Virus record (IMG/VR): IMGVR_UViG_3300010885_047022
Location: 62,001 to 126,000 of that record
Length of the DNA: 64,000 nucleotides
Origin: an uncultured virus (IMG/VR IMGVR_UViG_3300010885_047022)
Taxonomy: Duplodnaviria; Heunggongvirae; Uroviricota; Caudoviricetes
Direction: 5' to 3' (one strand)
Below the pieces are notes generated by a model. That model was not told where the DNA came from. It saw only the letters and a program-made list of their open reading frames with translations, and ran no database searches. A program made the translations under genes and the position numbers. This document shows, in pieces, positions 38,965-48,327 of the stretch. Position 1 is the first letter of the stretch, and each line of letters begins with the position of its first letter.

Positions 38965-39252
38965 TTATTTTTTTTCTTCCTCTGATACTACGGTAGTAGT
39001 TTCTTTCACTTTCATGACTGGCTTGTCTTGCACGGGCGCGGGAGCAGGTGTGGGCGAAGAATCTTCTTGAGTAGATAAAGTTTCTTCAAGTTCGGTGATT
39101 CTATCAATTAACTGAGTAATAATATCAAAAATTACTTCAAGGGCTAGTCTAGTTTGGCCATTATCTACAACTTTTCCTAGACCTTTGACAGCGTCTTCCG
39201 TTCCTAGATATTCTGATATTTTGTCATTCTTTATTGTCATTTTCTTCGACAT
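38965..39252 (-). CDS. Hypothetical protein (95 aa)
   Basis: Overlaps the portal 3' end; short coiled coil plus PTPAPAP tail. Confidence 0.55.
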   Translation of the reverse strand: MSKKMTIKNDKISEYLGTEDAVKGLGKVVDNGQTRLALEVIFDIITQLIDRITELEETLSTQEDSSPTPAPAPVQDKPVMKVKETTTVVSEEEKK

Positions 39253-40885
39253 TTATTTCATCCTTTTCATCATTTGTATAAACTATAGTATACTCTGATT
39301 CAAGCGCATTTTCAACTAGTGTCAACCAGGCATTATCTGATCTTCTAATATTTGCCGATGTATTTCTTCCCTGTTGATTGGTTGGGCGTATTACATTACC
39401 CGCACCTTTTCTTTTATTAGGAAGATTTCTTTGGCCCTTTTGCGCAGGGTCTTGTTTGTCCGCGTTCATGGTAGCGTCTTTAGACTTCAACGAGGCATTT
39501 AATTCCGTCTGCCTTTTACTCATATCTATCTGAATCTGTGCTTGAATAGCGGCATAAAAGTCTTTCGGATCATGCTCAGCATCCATGCCTAATTCCATTC
39601 TTGCTTCAGACAATCCGATTAAATTACTTGCAAACTTTTGAATAGTATGAGTTTCTTTTTTGACTTGAGTATCGACATCTATTTCGTTAAACTTAAAGTA
39701 ACAACGATCTGAAACGCCACTTTCAAGTGGATTAGTCATAGGATCAAATCCACCTTCAAGTAGAAGTTCATTGAATAAATGAACTCTTACCATTTCAGAG
39801 AAAAGCTTTTGATATTGTTTAACCTTATCATAAAGAGCTGTATCTAATCTATCTGTCATGGATCTATTTCCACCACCCATTGACATGCCCAAATGATGAG
39901 GTGCCACACCCAGGCCAACAGAAACTCTTTCCTTGAAGTGATCGAGATATTTGGAGGCGTCGAGTGCTGTATTTGCAGCACCAATAACTTCTATGTTATG
40001 ACGGAAAGGTAGAATTAATCCACCTTCTGCTCTAAGATTTTCTAATTCTTCCCCAGCTGTACTTATCTCATGGGGTTCTGCTGGTTGATCTGCGGTTCCT
40101 ATCGTATATTTATATAATGGGAATAATTCTCTATGCACTAGGTTTTGAATGTCTTCTTCTATTTGTCGAAGAGCGACAATATCATCCAAAGCTGATTCTA
40201 TAAATGGTGTCCCAAATGCCCTACCAGTTTTCTTGTCGATATAGACATGAATGACTTTATCTGCCGTCCATACAGGATCACGATCCGTCGGCATATAGGT
40301 AAGCGGATCTGTACGCTGTTGATACTTCTGGGGTCTGTTGTGTTTATCTCTTAGAATTCTTACTTGTTCAGTAGGTATTAGGTAATATCCAACAACGGGT
40401 TGATCTGTATTAACCCCCTCCAAAGGAGTTGGGAAATACTCAGATATATCACCACGAGCTTTAACTATAAAGGCATTTCCATATTTAAAAAGATGATCTG
40501 TAACTTCTATTAAAAAATCTAAGAAAGGACGTTTCATAGCCATTTCCATAAAATCTATTCTTTGATATAAGTAGGAAATTGCTTCCGGATTCTCACCTAC
40601 AATTTTCCAATTTTCTTTCCAGAATAATTCCTTATATTTATTTAAGGCCTGCTTTACGTAGGAATCAGTATCAGCTGCCTGCATGATCCTATAGAAATCA
40701 TATGGAGAGGGTTCAAATGTAGATCTTTTACTGAAAAAATAGGTATTACCTTGAAAGCCAAGAGCTAACGATGCGACTTTCATCGATCTACTAACTGATC
40801 TAATCTCTTCGCCATCTAATGCCTTGGCTGTAAAATTATTATTTTTATCAACTTGCCTAAACGGCAAATAGTCAAAGACTGCCAT
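39224..40885 (-). CDS. Portal protein
   Basis: About 553 aa; DHLFKYGNAFIVK, VIHV..AFGTPFIESALDDI, GLGVAP, IGLSEARMELG; upstream of the protease. Probable ATG 40885 with GGAGAG. Confidence 0.85.
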   Translation of the reverse strand: MAVFDYLPFRQVDKNNNFTAKALDGEEIRSVSRSMKVASLALGFQGNTYFFSKRSTFEPSPYDFYRIMQAADTDSYVKQALNKYKELFWKENWKIVGENPEAISYLYQRIDFMEMAMKRPFLDFLIEVTDHLFKYGNAFIVKARGDISEYFPTPLEGVNTDQPVVGYYLIPTEQVRILRDKHNRPQKYQQRTDPLTYMPTDRDPVWTADKVIHVYIDKKTGRAFGTPFIESALDDIVALRQIEEDIQNLVHRELFPLYKYTIGTADQPAEPHEISTAGEELENLRAEGGLILPFRHNIEVIGAANTALDASKYLDHFKERVSVGLGVAPHHLGMSMGGGNRSMTDRLDTALYDKVKQYQKLFSEMVRVHLFNELLLEGGFDPMTNPLESGVSDRCYFKFNEIDVDTQVKKETHTIQKFASNLIGLSEARMELGMDAEHDPKDFYAAIQAQIQIDMSKRQTELNASLKSKDATMNADKQDPAQKGQRNLPNKRKGAGNVIRPTNQQGRNTSANIRRSDNAWLTLVENALESEYTIVYTNDEKDEINVEENDNKE

Positions 40886-40948
40886 GTATCTCTCCAATAC
40901 GAAAACTATATATAATAGTAGCTAAAGTGGTGTTTTTTTATAAGTTAA

Positions 40949-41176
40949 TCAGTTAGTGTCAAGATTAGCTTTATCAAAAGCGTTTTTCATAATGATATTT
41001 TTAACAGCTTCAATCCAAAAAATTGTCTCTGCTTCATTAAAATCGCTTCTGTACTGGAGATTTGCGTTTGAAATTTTAATTTCAATTGCGAATTCCTTGG
41101 CTTCTACTGGATCAGTTGCTTGAATTTCTTCAATTATTTCAGTTGTTTCTTCTGACATTTTATTTACCTCACTCAA
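40949..41176 (-). CDS. Hypothetical protein (75 aa)
   Basis: In operon; GAGG upstream of the internal ATG. Confidence 0.55.
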   Translation of the reverse strand: MSEVNKMSEETTEIIEEIQATDPVEAKEFAIEIKISNANLQYRSDFNEAETIFWIEAVKNIIMKNAFDKANLDTN

Positions 41177-41366
41177 AGTTGTCTGTTTTTGTTTGTTTAA
41201 TTGTTTTTTCTGTTTTAGCTGGTTGCATTGTAGCGATTAGATTGGCAATCTTGATGTTCAACTGTTTAATTGTAGCTTCTTTTACCACTAAATCAGTTGT
41301 TAATTGACCAATTTTTTCGCTGAATGTTTGAACCAAGATATTAATATCTAGATCGTCCATATTCAC
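41169..41366 (-). CDS. Hypothetical coiled-coil protein (65 aa)
   Basis: Heptad pattern; preceded by TGATATAAT (41391-41399). Confidence 0.55.
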   Translation of the reverse strand: MNMDDLDINILVQTFSEKIGQLTTDLVVKEATIKQLNIKIANLIATMQPAKTEKTIKQTKTDNFE

Positions 41367-41396
41367 CTTTCGTCAAAATCCTAAACAACTATTATA

Positions 41397-42539
41397 TCAC
41401 ATAGGATATGAATCTGGGAGAGTGTTAATATATACTTCTTGATTTTTAATTCTTTTAGAGTATATACGATACATATCCATTATCCAGTGTTGAACAAAAT
41501 CTGGAACTACCGGGTCTTCCCAATCCTTAATAAGTAGTGTTGGATCATTCTTGATATACTTTTCAACTGTTTGTGCGGGTATCTCAAGTAGGGCATCTCT
41601 TACTTCTAAGGGCATCTGTATCGCCCTGAGGACTCTGTCGCTAATCACTGCTATTGGTTCTCTATTTCCAAATTCAGAATAAGCTAAACCCCACTCTATT
41701 ATAAGTCTAAAAAGCTCTTCTAAGGTAGACCCTATGCATTGTGGGTGTATGGCCCATAGACTTTTTGAATCTTCTTTTGAAAATTGATCTATGTAATCTC
41801 TATCTATTTCATCGTATGTAATAATTGCATGTGGCGCTAAATCTAAAACTGTTTCATGTCTAGTTACAATCTTAAATTTACCTAAGGGATTATCATCTAG
41901 TCTTTGTATTCCATGATTAGAAATTGTTTTAGACATAAAATCCATTGTTCCATGAGTTATGTCTTCAAAACTTTTAATCATATAATTATTATTAGAGCAA
42001 ACATCACCATAAAAACTTTCACTATATGTTGGAACTGCTCTCCATAGCAAAAAACCTCTATATTTTCTTTCGCATGGATTTTTTAATTCGATGTCCCAAT
42101 TAAGTCTATTTTGATTCCATGAATATAAAAATTCTGCTGAAAGTTTGGGTTCTTCAACTGGAGGTCTCCAACAATTCATATCTTTGTTCCAAACCCAATT
42201 ATTGTACGGTTGTTTTTCTTGATCCTTATTATCCAGTAAATGATTTACAGAAGAATATGATATTGTTAAAATATCTGAATTTTCCCCTATAGCATGAGCT
42301 TCAATGCTAGCTTGAGTATTGAGAAATGTGATTAATTGTTTTAAAGTATAAATTTTAATATCAAAAAAGTTAATTGATTCTTTTTTTAGATTAGAAATCT
42401 TAAAATTACTATCAACTTGAGATATAGTTATTCCATCGCGCGTTTCAAGAATAATTCGATCAGAAGAAGTAATGTAATCTCCCGCAATATCGTAAATGCT
42501 AATTCCTTGATTTTCTTTTAAAAAACTAATATATTTCAT
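41397..42539 (-). CDS. Fibre-associated protein, paralogue A (380 aa)
   Basis: PYNNWVWNKDMNCWRPP..YSWNQNRLNWDI; collinear with the next gene. Confidence 0.6.
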   Translation of the reverse strand: MKYISFLKENQGISIYDIAGDYITSSDRIILETRDGITISQVDSNFKISNLKKESINFFDIKIYTLKQLITFLNTQASIEAHAIGENSDILTISYSSVNHLLDNKDQEKQPYNNWVWNKDMNCWRPPVEEPKLSAEFLYSWNQNRLNWDIELKNPCERKYRGFLLWRAVPTYSESFYGDVCSNNNYMIKSFEDITHGTMDFMSKTISNHGIQRLDDNPLGKFKIVTRHETVLDLAPHAIITYDEIDRDYIDQFSKEDSKSLWAIHPQCIGSTLEELFRLIIEWGLAYSEFGNREPIAVISDRVLRAIQMPLEVRDALLEIPAQTVEKYIKNDPTLLIKDWEDPVVPDFVQHWIMDMYRIYSKRIKNQEVYINTLPDSYPM

Positions 42540-42542
42540 GAG

Positions 42543-43646
42543 TTACACCTTAATATGGAGTTCCTGATCTTTTTCTCTTCTTGGAAATTTTTTATATTTA
42601 TCCATAATCCAATACTTAAAACCCTCTGGACATTCAGGGTCTAAATGATCTTCTTCCAGAATTGTTGAATCACTAAATATAAATTTAGATAAAGTTTGTG
42701 GAGTTAATGACATTATCTCATCAATAATTTCTTGAGGAATTTCCAATGCCATAACAACCTCATGAGATAGCAAAGCTGCTGGTTCTCTGTTTTGTAATTC
42801 TAGATAAGCCCAGTTCCATTCTAAGATTATTCTAAATAATTCATGAATTGTTCGAGCTTCAATATGAGGATGCTTCTTCCACGTTAGATGTCCACCATTT
42901 TCTACATACTCAGGAATCGATTCATGATACATGACAAATGCATGAGGACATAGGTCTAACATAGTAATTAATCTTCCGTGATACTTGCCTGACTCAGCGA
43001 TAGCTTTTCCATATTCAATTTGTTCTTTCATGAAATTATCACTATTATTTAGTTCCTGCATGCTCTGCATCATAAAATTATTGGCTGAACAAACTTCTGC
43101 ATACATCTCTCCATTTACTTTTGGCGTTGCATTCCATAGTGCAAATGATCTAATCATTCTATTATCCGGATATCCTGACAATGCTATATCCCAATCTAAT
43201 CTATTCTGATTCCATGTTAAATTAAAATCTGGAGACAGAGCTGGCTTTTCTTTTGGCGGAGCCCAATGCCCTTTATCTTGATTCCATACCCATTGTTCAT
43301 GGGGCATAATTTCTGGATCGGTATGTCCATTCAACTCATCAAACGGGGGGGCCGTACTAATATTAAATACATCTCTAGTTCCATTCATGACTTGAAGTGG
43401 ATAATCAGAGTTACTGTTTACAAATTCTCTTAATTCTTCAATTGAATGAATTTTAATATTAAAAAAATTAATTGATTCTTCTGTCAAATTTGAAAAATCA
43501 AAATCATCATTAACTTTAGAAATAGATAATTGACCAAAATAAGAATCAAGTAAAAAAAATGTCTTATCACTAGACGGAAAAAAAATGCCTAAAGTTTCAT
43601 ATATATTTATATTATTTTTATATTGAGAAAACGTTACATATTTCAT
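42543..43646 (-). CDS. Fibre-associated protein, paralogue B (367 aa)
   Basis: PHEQWVWNQDKGHWAPP..TWNQNRLDWDI; directly downstream of the FN3 fibre gene. Confidence 0.6.
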   Translation of the reverse strand: MKYVTFSQYKNNINIYETLGIFFPSSDKTFFLLDSYFGQLSISKVNDDFDFSNLTEESINFFNIKIHSIEELREFVNSNSDYPLQVMNGTRDVFNISTAPPFDELNGHTDPEIMPHEQWVWNQDKGHWAPPKEKPALSPDFNLTWNQNRLDWDIALSGYPDNRMIRSFALWNATPKVNGEMYAEVCSANNFMMQSMQELNNSDNFMKEQIEYGKAIAESGKYHGRLITMLDLCPHAFVMYHESIPEYVENGGHLTWKKHPHIEARTIHELFRIILEWNWAYLELQNREPAALLSHEVVMALEIPQEIIDEIMSLTPQTLSKFIFSDSTILEEDHLDPECPEGFKYWIMDKYKKFPRREKDQELHIKV

Positions 43647-43651
43647 TTTTT

Positions 43652-45784
43652 TTAATCATCCAGTGTTTCATAGGTTATATATACTTGCACTTCTGTTACT
43701 GTAGCATAGTATAATCCATCGCCTGAATAATAAGCGGAATCTATATCGAAAGCTATGTTATATGGTGGATCATTAATAACATCTGGAGTTATTGTAGTCG
43801 ATTGATATGCTGTCCTACTGCCTAGATTCCCATAGTAAACTCCGTCAACAACTATATTAGATAATGCGGGGGTAGCGGTAGGGCCAACTCTAATGGAGAA
43901 CTGATATAGTTTTGCATTTCTATAACCAGTGGGTAATGACGGAGTGAAGTTTGCCGAGAATGATTCTGTCACTCTGGATGATACTTTACTGGATGTTGTG
44001 ACAACATAAGATGCTTGACCGGTTGCTACAGACAACGGAACATCAGCCCCATAATCACCATCTATTCTTGTGAAGTAGTTATCTGCTGCTGATGTATAGT
44101 CACTAGTTCCGCCAAAAACGCTAACACTATTTCCAGCCGTAGTACTCACTATTAAAGTACCTCCAGAAGAACTAGTACAGTTACCTGGTGTTGTTCCTGT
44201 TGGAGCTAAATAAACTGTTCTTCCAGAAGCGGAATATACTAAGTAATTTTGGTTAAATGCACTATTACTACTTCCCGAAATCCTAACTTCATCGGCAAAC
44301 TGTAGTATACATCTGGTGGCGGAGTCTAATGTCAGGACAACATATGCCGATTGTGTTGTATCTCTTGATAAAGAAGTAACTCCATATCTTAAACTGGAAA
44401 TTGATGTAGATACTGATGGTCTTCCAGCCTCAATTGCATGATTGGAGTTTAAGTAATATAGGTTTGTGGCAAAACCAGCAGTTCGTTGAAAAAAAGTTAT
44501 TGGTTGATAATTGGTACTAGTTCCGTATTCTGTATGATAAGGATAAGAGAACCATATTGAACCTTGATTTCCGTCCGAACCCATGGAAGAGGTGTATCCT
44601 GAAGCGTTAGAACTCGATGTTGTACTACTGGCTGATATCCAGCCGGTATTATGGGAAGTCCATGTTTTCCCTCTTATTGCGCCAGACCAATCACTCCAGT
44701 CCCCATACTCTACGATAGTTTCGTAATAAACCCTTGCCCTAAATCGGTATTCTCTTGATTGAATAACAGAAAAATTTTGTCCATAATAACTTGTACTAGT
44801 TCCGGTAACAACTTCAGTTCCAAAGAATGAAGTTGTACCTAGCCAGGTAATACCGCCCCTAGCTCTATATTGCCATTCCCACTGAATTTTTGCATTACCG
44901 TTATTATATGCATTAATATCAGTAAGTATGGCTAAATTGGTATCTGAAGTATAATCAGCAATCTTAAAGGGCACTTGCGCCTTGTGGAATGGATAAGTAG
45001 CAGTTCCGCTAGAAAAAGAACTATAAGTACTATAAGAGTTTATCGGAGACGCATAATACGTTGCTGCCGTACAGTAATAGGTTACATTTGGTGTCAAACC
45101 AGTAAATTGAACAGTTCTAGAAGCAGTTGTATCATCTAAGGGGAGAATGCTGCTATTAACTGTTTGGACAGGCGTAGTTCCGCCATAGATGTATAAGTCA
45201 AATTTGATATACGCAGTAACTCCGTTAGTTGAATAGTTGGCGCTAGAGCTAGATGAAAATGATATTTTTGTGGAACTAATTGTCCCTGTGTTGGTTGGTG
45301 TTGTTGGCGTTGTCTTTGAGTATGATATTGTTGAGGCATCTAGTGTCAGTACTGTGCTAAATTCAACAAACTGGCCCGCTAAGTCATAGAATGCAATATA
45401 GGCTGAAAAATTATACGAAGTTCCTGGGCTCAAAGTAGAAAAGGTAAATGTTTGATTTATTGCACTAGTCGTCGGTGAAGCTGGGCTACTCTGAAAGTTT
45501 CCTGAATCATTTGTCCGATAGGCAAAGACTCTTTTATTTTCGGAACTTGACGTTTGTACTCTTACTGTTACGGAGGTTGGAGTTGCACTAACAAAACTAA
45601 AAGTTGGATTGGTATTAGTTATTCTTGAATAAAAAGTTGACCAATCATTTGCTCCCGCACCAGTTTTAATTTCTCCTTTATTAACACTTGCCCAATCGTT
45701 ACCTCCTGGTCCTGTTTTAATTTGTGGATTAGTTACAGTTGTCCAGTCATTTGCCCCAGCTCCTGTTTTAATTTGTATAGTCAT
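43652..45784 (-). CDS. Fibre / receptor-binding protein with FN3-like domains
   Basis: LSPGTSYNF, FTGLTPNVTYY, YRFRARV..YGDWSDWS; three N-terminal IKTG.G.NDW repeats; Ser/Thr-rich. Confidence 0.7.
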   Translation of the reverse strand: MTIQIKTGAGANDWTTVTNPQIKTGPGGNDWASVNKGEIKTGAGANDWSTFYSRITNTNPTFSFVSATPTSVTVRVQTSSSENKRVFAYRTNDSGNFQSSPASPTTSAINQTFTFSTLSPGTSYNFSAYIAFYDLAGQFVEFSTVLTLDASTISYSKTTPTTPTNTGTISSTKISFSSSSSANYSTNGVTAYIKFDLYIYGGTTPVQTVNSSILPLDDTTASRTVQFTGLTPNVTYYCTAATYYASPINSYSTYSSFSSGTATYPFHKAQVPFKIADYTSDTNLAILTDINAYNNGNAKIQWEWQYRARGGITWLGTTSFFGTEVVTGTSTSYYGQNFSVIQSREYRFRARVYYETIVEYGDWSDWSGAIRGKTWTSHNTGWISASSTTSSSNASGYTSSMGSDGNQGSIWFSYPYHTEYGTSTNYQPITFFQRTAGFATNLYYLNSNHAIEAGRPSVSTSISSLRYGVTSLSRDTTQSAYVVLTLDSATRCILQFADEVRISGSSNSAFNQNYLVYSASGRTVYLAPTGTTPGNCTSSSGGTLIVSTTAGNSVSVFGGTSDYTSAADNYFTRIDGDYGADVPLSVATGQASYVVTTSSKVSSRVTESFSANFTPSLPTGYRNAKLYQFSIRVGPTATPALSNIVVDGVYYGNLGSRTAYQSTTITPDVINDPPYNIAFDIDSAYYSGDGLYYATVTEVQVYITYETLDD

Positions 45785-45793
45785 AATAAAATC

Positions 45794-47422
45794 CTAAGAA
45801 AGATATATATCTCCAATAGCGCCATCAGTTGGCCTTCCACTACCATATTTGATATTTCTTAAAATCATAGTATTTAAAGCTCCACCATTAGTTGTCACGC
45901 CAGCACTAAAACCATTAATACTTGATGTAACAACTCCACCACTAAACCAAGCTACTCCAGTTGGAGAAATAAATGATAAAGTTGCCCCAGACCCTGCATA
46001 TATACTACCGCCATATCCTCCTGGATCCCCGATGCTCCAGCCACCTATTGATCCAGATGACGCAGTTATTACTCCAGTAAAAGATGCTATGCCATCTGAA
46101 CCTATTGAAACAGTATTGGTTCCTAACGCATTATATGCTTTTATTCCTGTTGAATTTATTTGCAGTCTTGCTCCAGAAGATCCAGTTTGAACATTTACAA
46201 CACCTAGATTAATTGTTCCAGTAGTAATGACTCCACCACTAATTGCAGTTACATTAGAGTTTACTTGTCCCCCAGTAATTAAACTTGTTGCTGCAGTACC
46301 GCCAATAGTTAGAGTAGTTCCATTCCAACTCAATTGATCCTTTAAGGAAAATTGACCAACGTTGTCAACATAGAACGCTGTGTTCGCATTATTGAAAGTT
46401 CCTGTTCCAATATACATTTTTGTAGAACTTATAGTTAGTCCTGCAATTGATCCACCAGTAATCGCATCACCATTATCAAATGTCCCAGGGGTTGATCCAT
46501 CTGCAAACTGCAGGGTACCTCTTATTGTTAATGATGTGCCATTCCATAAAACATAGTTAGTTGCATTTCCAGTTCTAAACTGACCATTAGAGTACCAGTA
46601 GTTGTATGTTGGGTCACCAATAGTCATGCCACCGTTACCACCGTTGATAGCTCCATTAATCTTTAATTGATTAGGGGCAGTTCCCACTGTAATGCTATCT
46701 GCGGATAAAGTCGCTGTTACGGAAACATCTGATCCAATTGATATACTATCATTGTCGTAAGTAATTCCATTTGGTCCGCCCAAACTAAAATGACCATCTC
46801 CTCTAATCTGCCAACCTTGTGTACCTGAAGTGTCCAGGTAAGTGGTTGATTGAATAATGGAGTTCGCTCCATTAAGATTGATGGTATGAGACCCAATTGT
46901 TCCGGCAGTTATTTTTGAGGCGGTTAAAGATCCAATATATTGATTGTCGATTAAGGGAGTGTGTGGGTCAGTTTGGACCAATGAAGTCCACGGTCCTACG
47001 TTTCCAGTTGTGTCGATAGTTCTTGCTCTACCCCAAAAAGGCGCAAGCCCGCCACCATCTTCTTCTAACTGGAGATTACTTACTCTGACAGTAAATACGT
47101 TGGCGTCAGCAAAACCAGTTAATGGGCCATCTTCATCAGACATATTGGAATTTTCATATAATTCATATTCATATTTTCTTACGTCTAGATCTTGACTATA
47201 ATCAAAAACAAACATAACATTTTCTAAACCAGCATAGAGTTTAAGATTAGTTAGTGCAGAGGGTGTTGTTGCGTCGGTTGGTACTTGAAATCTAATAGTG
47301 TCTGAATAATCAGAAAGAACATTTAAATCAGAGTTCTTAGCCCTGACGGTAAGAACGTATTCTTTTCCAGGTTTTAAATTTTCTATTTTCTTTTTTATAA
47401 TAGCCATGTTATCTGATTCCAC
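45794..47422 (-). CDS. Fibre protein with N-terminal FN3-like domains
   Basis: IENLKPGKEYVLTVRAKN, RTIDTTGNVGPWT, SLTASKITAGTI, repeated WNGT.LTI and GSIGGW-type motifs. Confidence 0.7.
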   Translation of the reverse strand: MESDNMAIIKKKIENLKPGKEYVLTVRAKNSDLNVLSDYSDTIRFQVPTDATTPSALTNLKLYAGLENVMFVFDYSQDLDVRKYEYELYENSNMSDEDGPLTGFADANVFTVRVSNLQLEEDGGGLAPFWGRARTIDTTGNVGPWTSLVQTDPHTPLIDNQYIGSLTASKITAGTIGSHTINLNGANSIIQSTTYLDTSGTQGWQIRGDGHFSLGGPNGITYDNDSISIGSDVSVTATLSADSITVGTAPNQLKINGAINGGNGGMTIGDPTYNYWYSNGQFRTGNATNYVLWNGTSLTIRGTLQFADGSTPGTFDNGDAITGGSIAGLTISSTKMYIGTGTFNNANTAFYVDNVGQFSLKDQLSWNGTTLTIGGTAATSLITGGQVNSNVTAISGGVITTGTINLGVVNVQTGSSGARLQINSTGIKAYNALGTNTVSIGSDGIASFTGVITASSGSIGGWSIGDPGGYGGSIYAGSGATLSFISPTGVAWFSGGVVTSSINGFSAGVTTNGGALNTMILRNIKYGSGRPTDGAIGDIYLS

Positions 47423-48326
47423 CTATGGATACAAAAACTGCTTGATCACTAATTTGTTCTTTATTAATACTTAAGTATAAATTATAACTAAAAGAATAAG
47501 AAGATATTTTAATATTATTTCCAGAAGATATAATATTTTTATCGGTAATTGTTTGAAGTTCTAAATTATAATCTCTATAATTTAAATCATTATTTTCGTA
47601 TAAAATAACATTTTCTTGCAATGTTGTATTGTAACAATCCACTACTATCCAGTCAAGTTCTAGGGCCATATTTGGAAACTCTACATTTTGCAGACCAGTT
47701 AATTTAAGTTTAAACTTTCCATAATCAGGTCCTTTATTGCCATATATTTGTATGCTTGGTCCTGTAAAAGTTAAATACAATTTTGAACCTGGATTTGAGG
47801 AAAGACCATTATTCCAATCGAGATTTGGATTTATAAAAGAAAAGTTATAGGATGACTCCGATCCAGCAACAACGTCATAATCAGTTATATCTACTTCAGT
47901 AAATAATGAATTGAACTGAGCTTGCTCTGCTGATGTGACCTGGTAATCTTCAGAGCTCAATAATTTAACATATCGTAAGTTTCCAGTTTTATAATATATA
48001 CTATATTGACTTATTGTTTCTATGTCTGCTTCATGATCTTCGGCTGCTTGAAAATATAACGTATCATTGTTAATAATATTATTTACTGGAACCATTCCAG
48101 AGTCTGACCCAATAGTTTCATATACTACTAGATATGAAGAATGATCTTCTAAGAGATCTAAAGAACTATTATAATATTTTTCTATTTCCAGATCAGTTAC
48201 ATCTATAAATAGCCATGTATCTTTTAATATTTTATCATTAGGCGTGAACTTGTTGATAGTTCTTTTAACGAGCGGATAAGAATAAGTTGTGGATTCTCCT
48301 TGTTTAAAATATTTAAACCATGTCAT
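47409..48326 (-). CDS. Virion protein with C-terminal beta-sandwich
   Basis: LTFTGPSIQIYGNKGPDYGKFKL..VDCY; within the fibre cassette. Confidence 0.55.
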   Translation of the reverse strand: MTWFKYFKQGESTTYSYPLVKRTINKFTPNDKILKDTWLFIDVTDLEIEKYYNSSLDLLEDHSSYLVVYETIGSDSGMVPVNNIINNDTLYFQAAEDHEADIETISQYSIYYKTGNLRYVKLLSSEDYQVTSAEQAQFNSLFTEVDITDYDVVAGSESSYNFSFINPNLDWNNGLSSNPGSKLYLTFTGPSIQIYGNKGPDYGKFKLKLTGLQNVEFPNMALELDWIVVDCYNTTLQENVILYENNDLNYRDYNLELQTITDKNIISSGNNIKISSYSFSYNLYLSINKEQISDQAVFVSIGGIR

Positions 48327-48327
48327 A

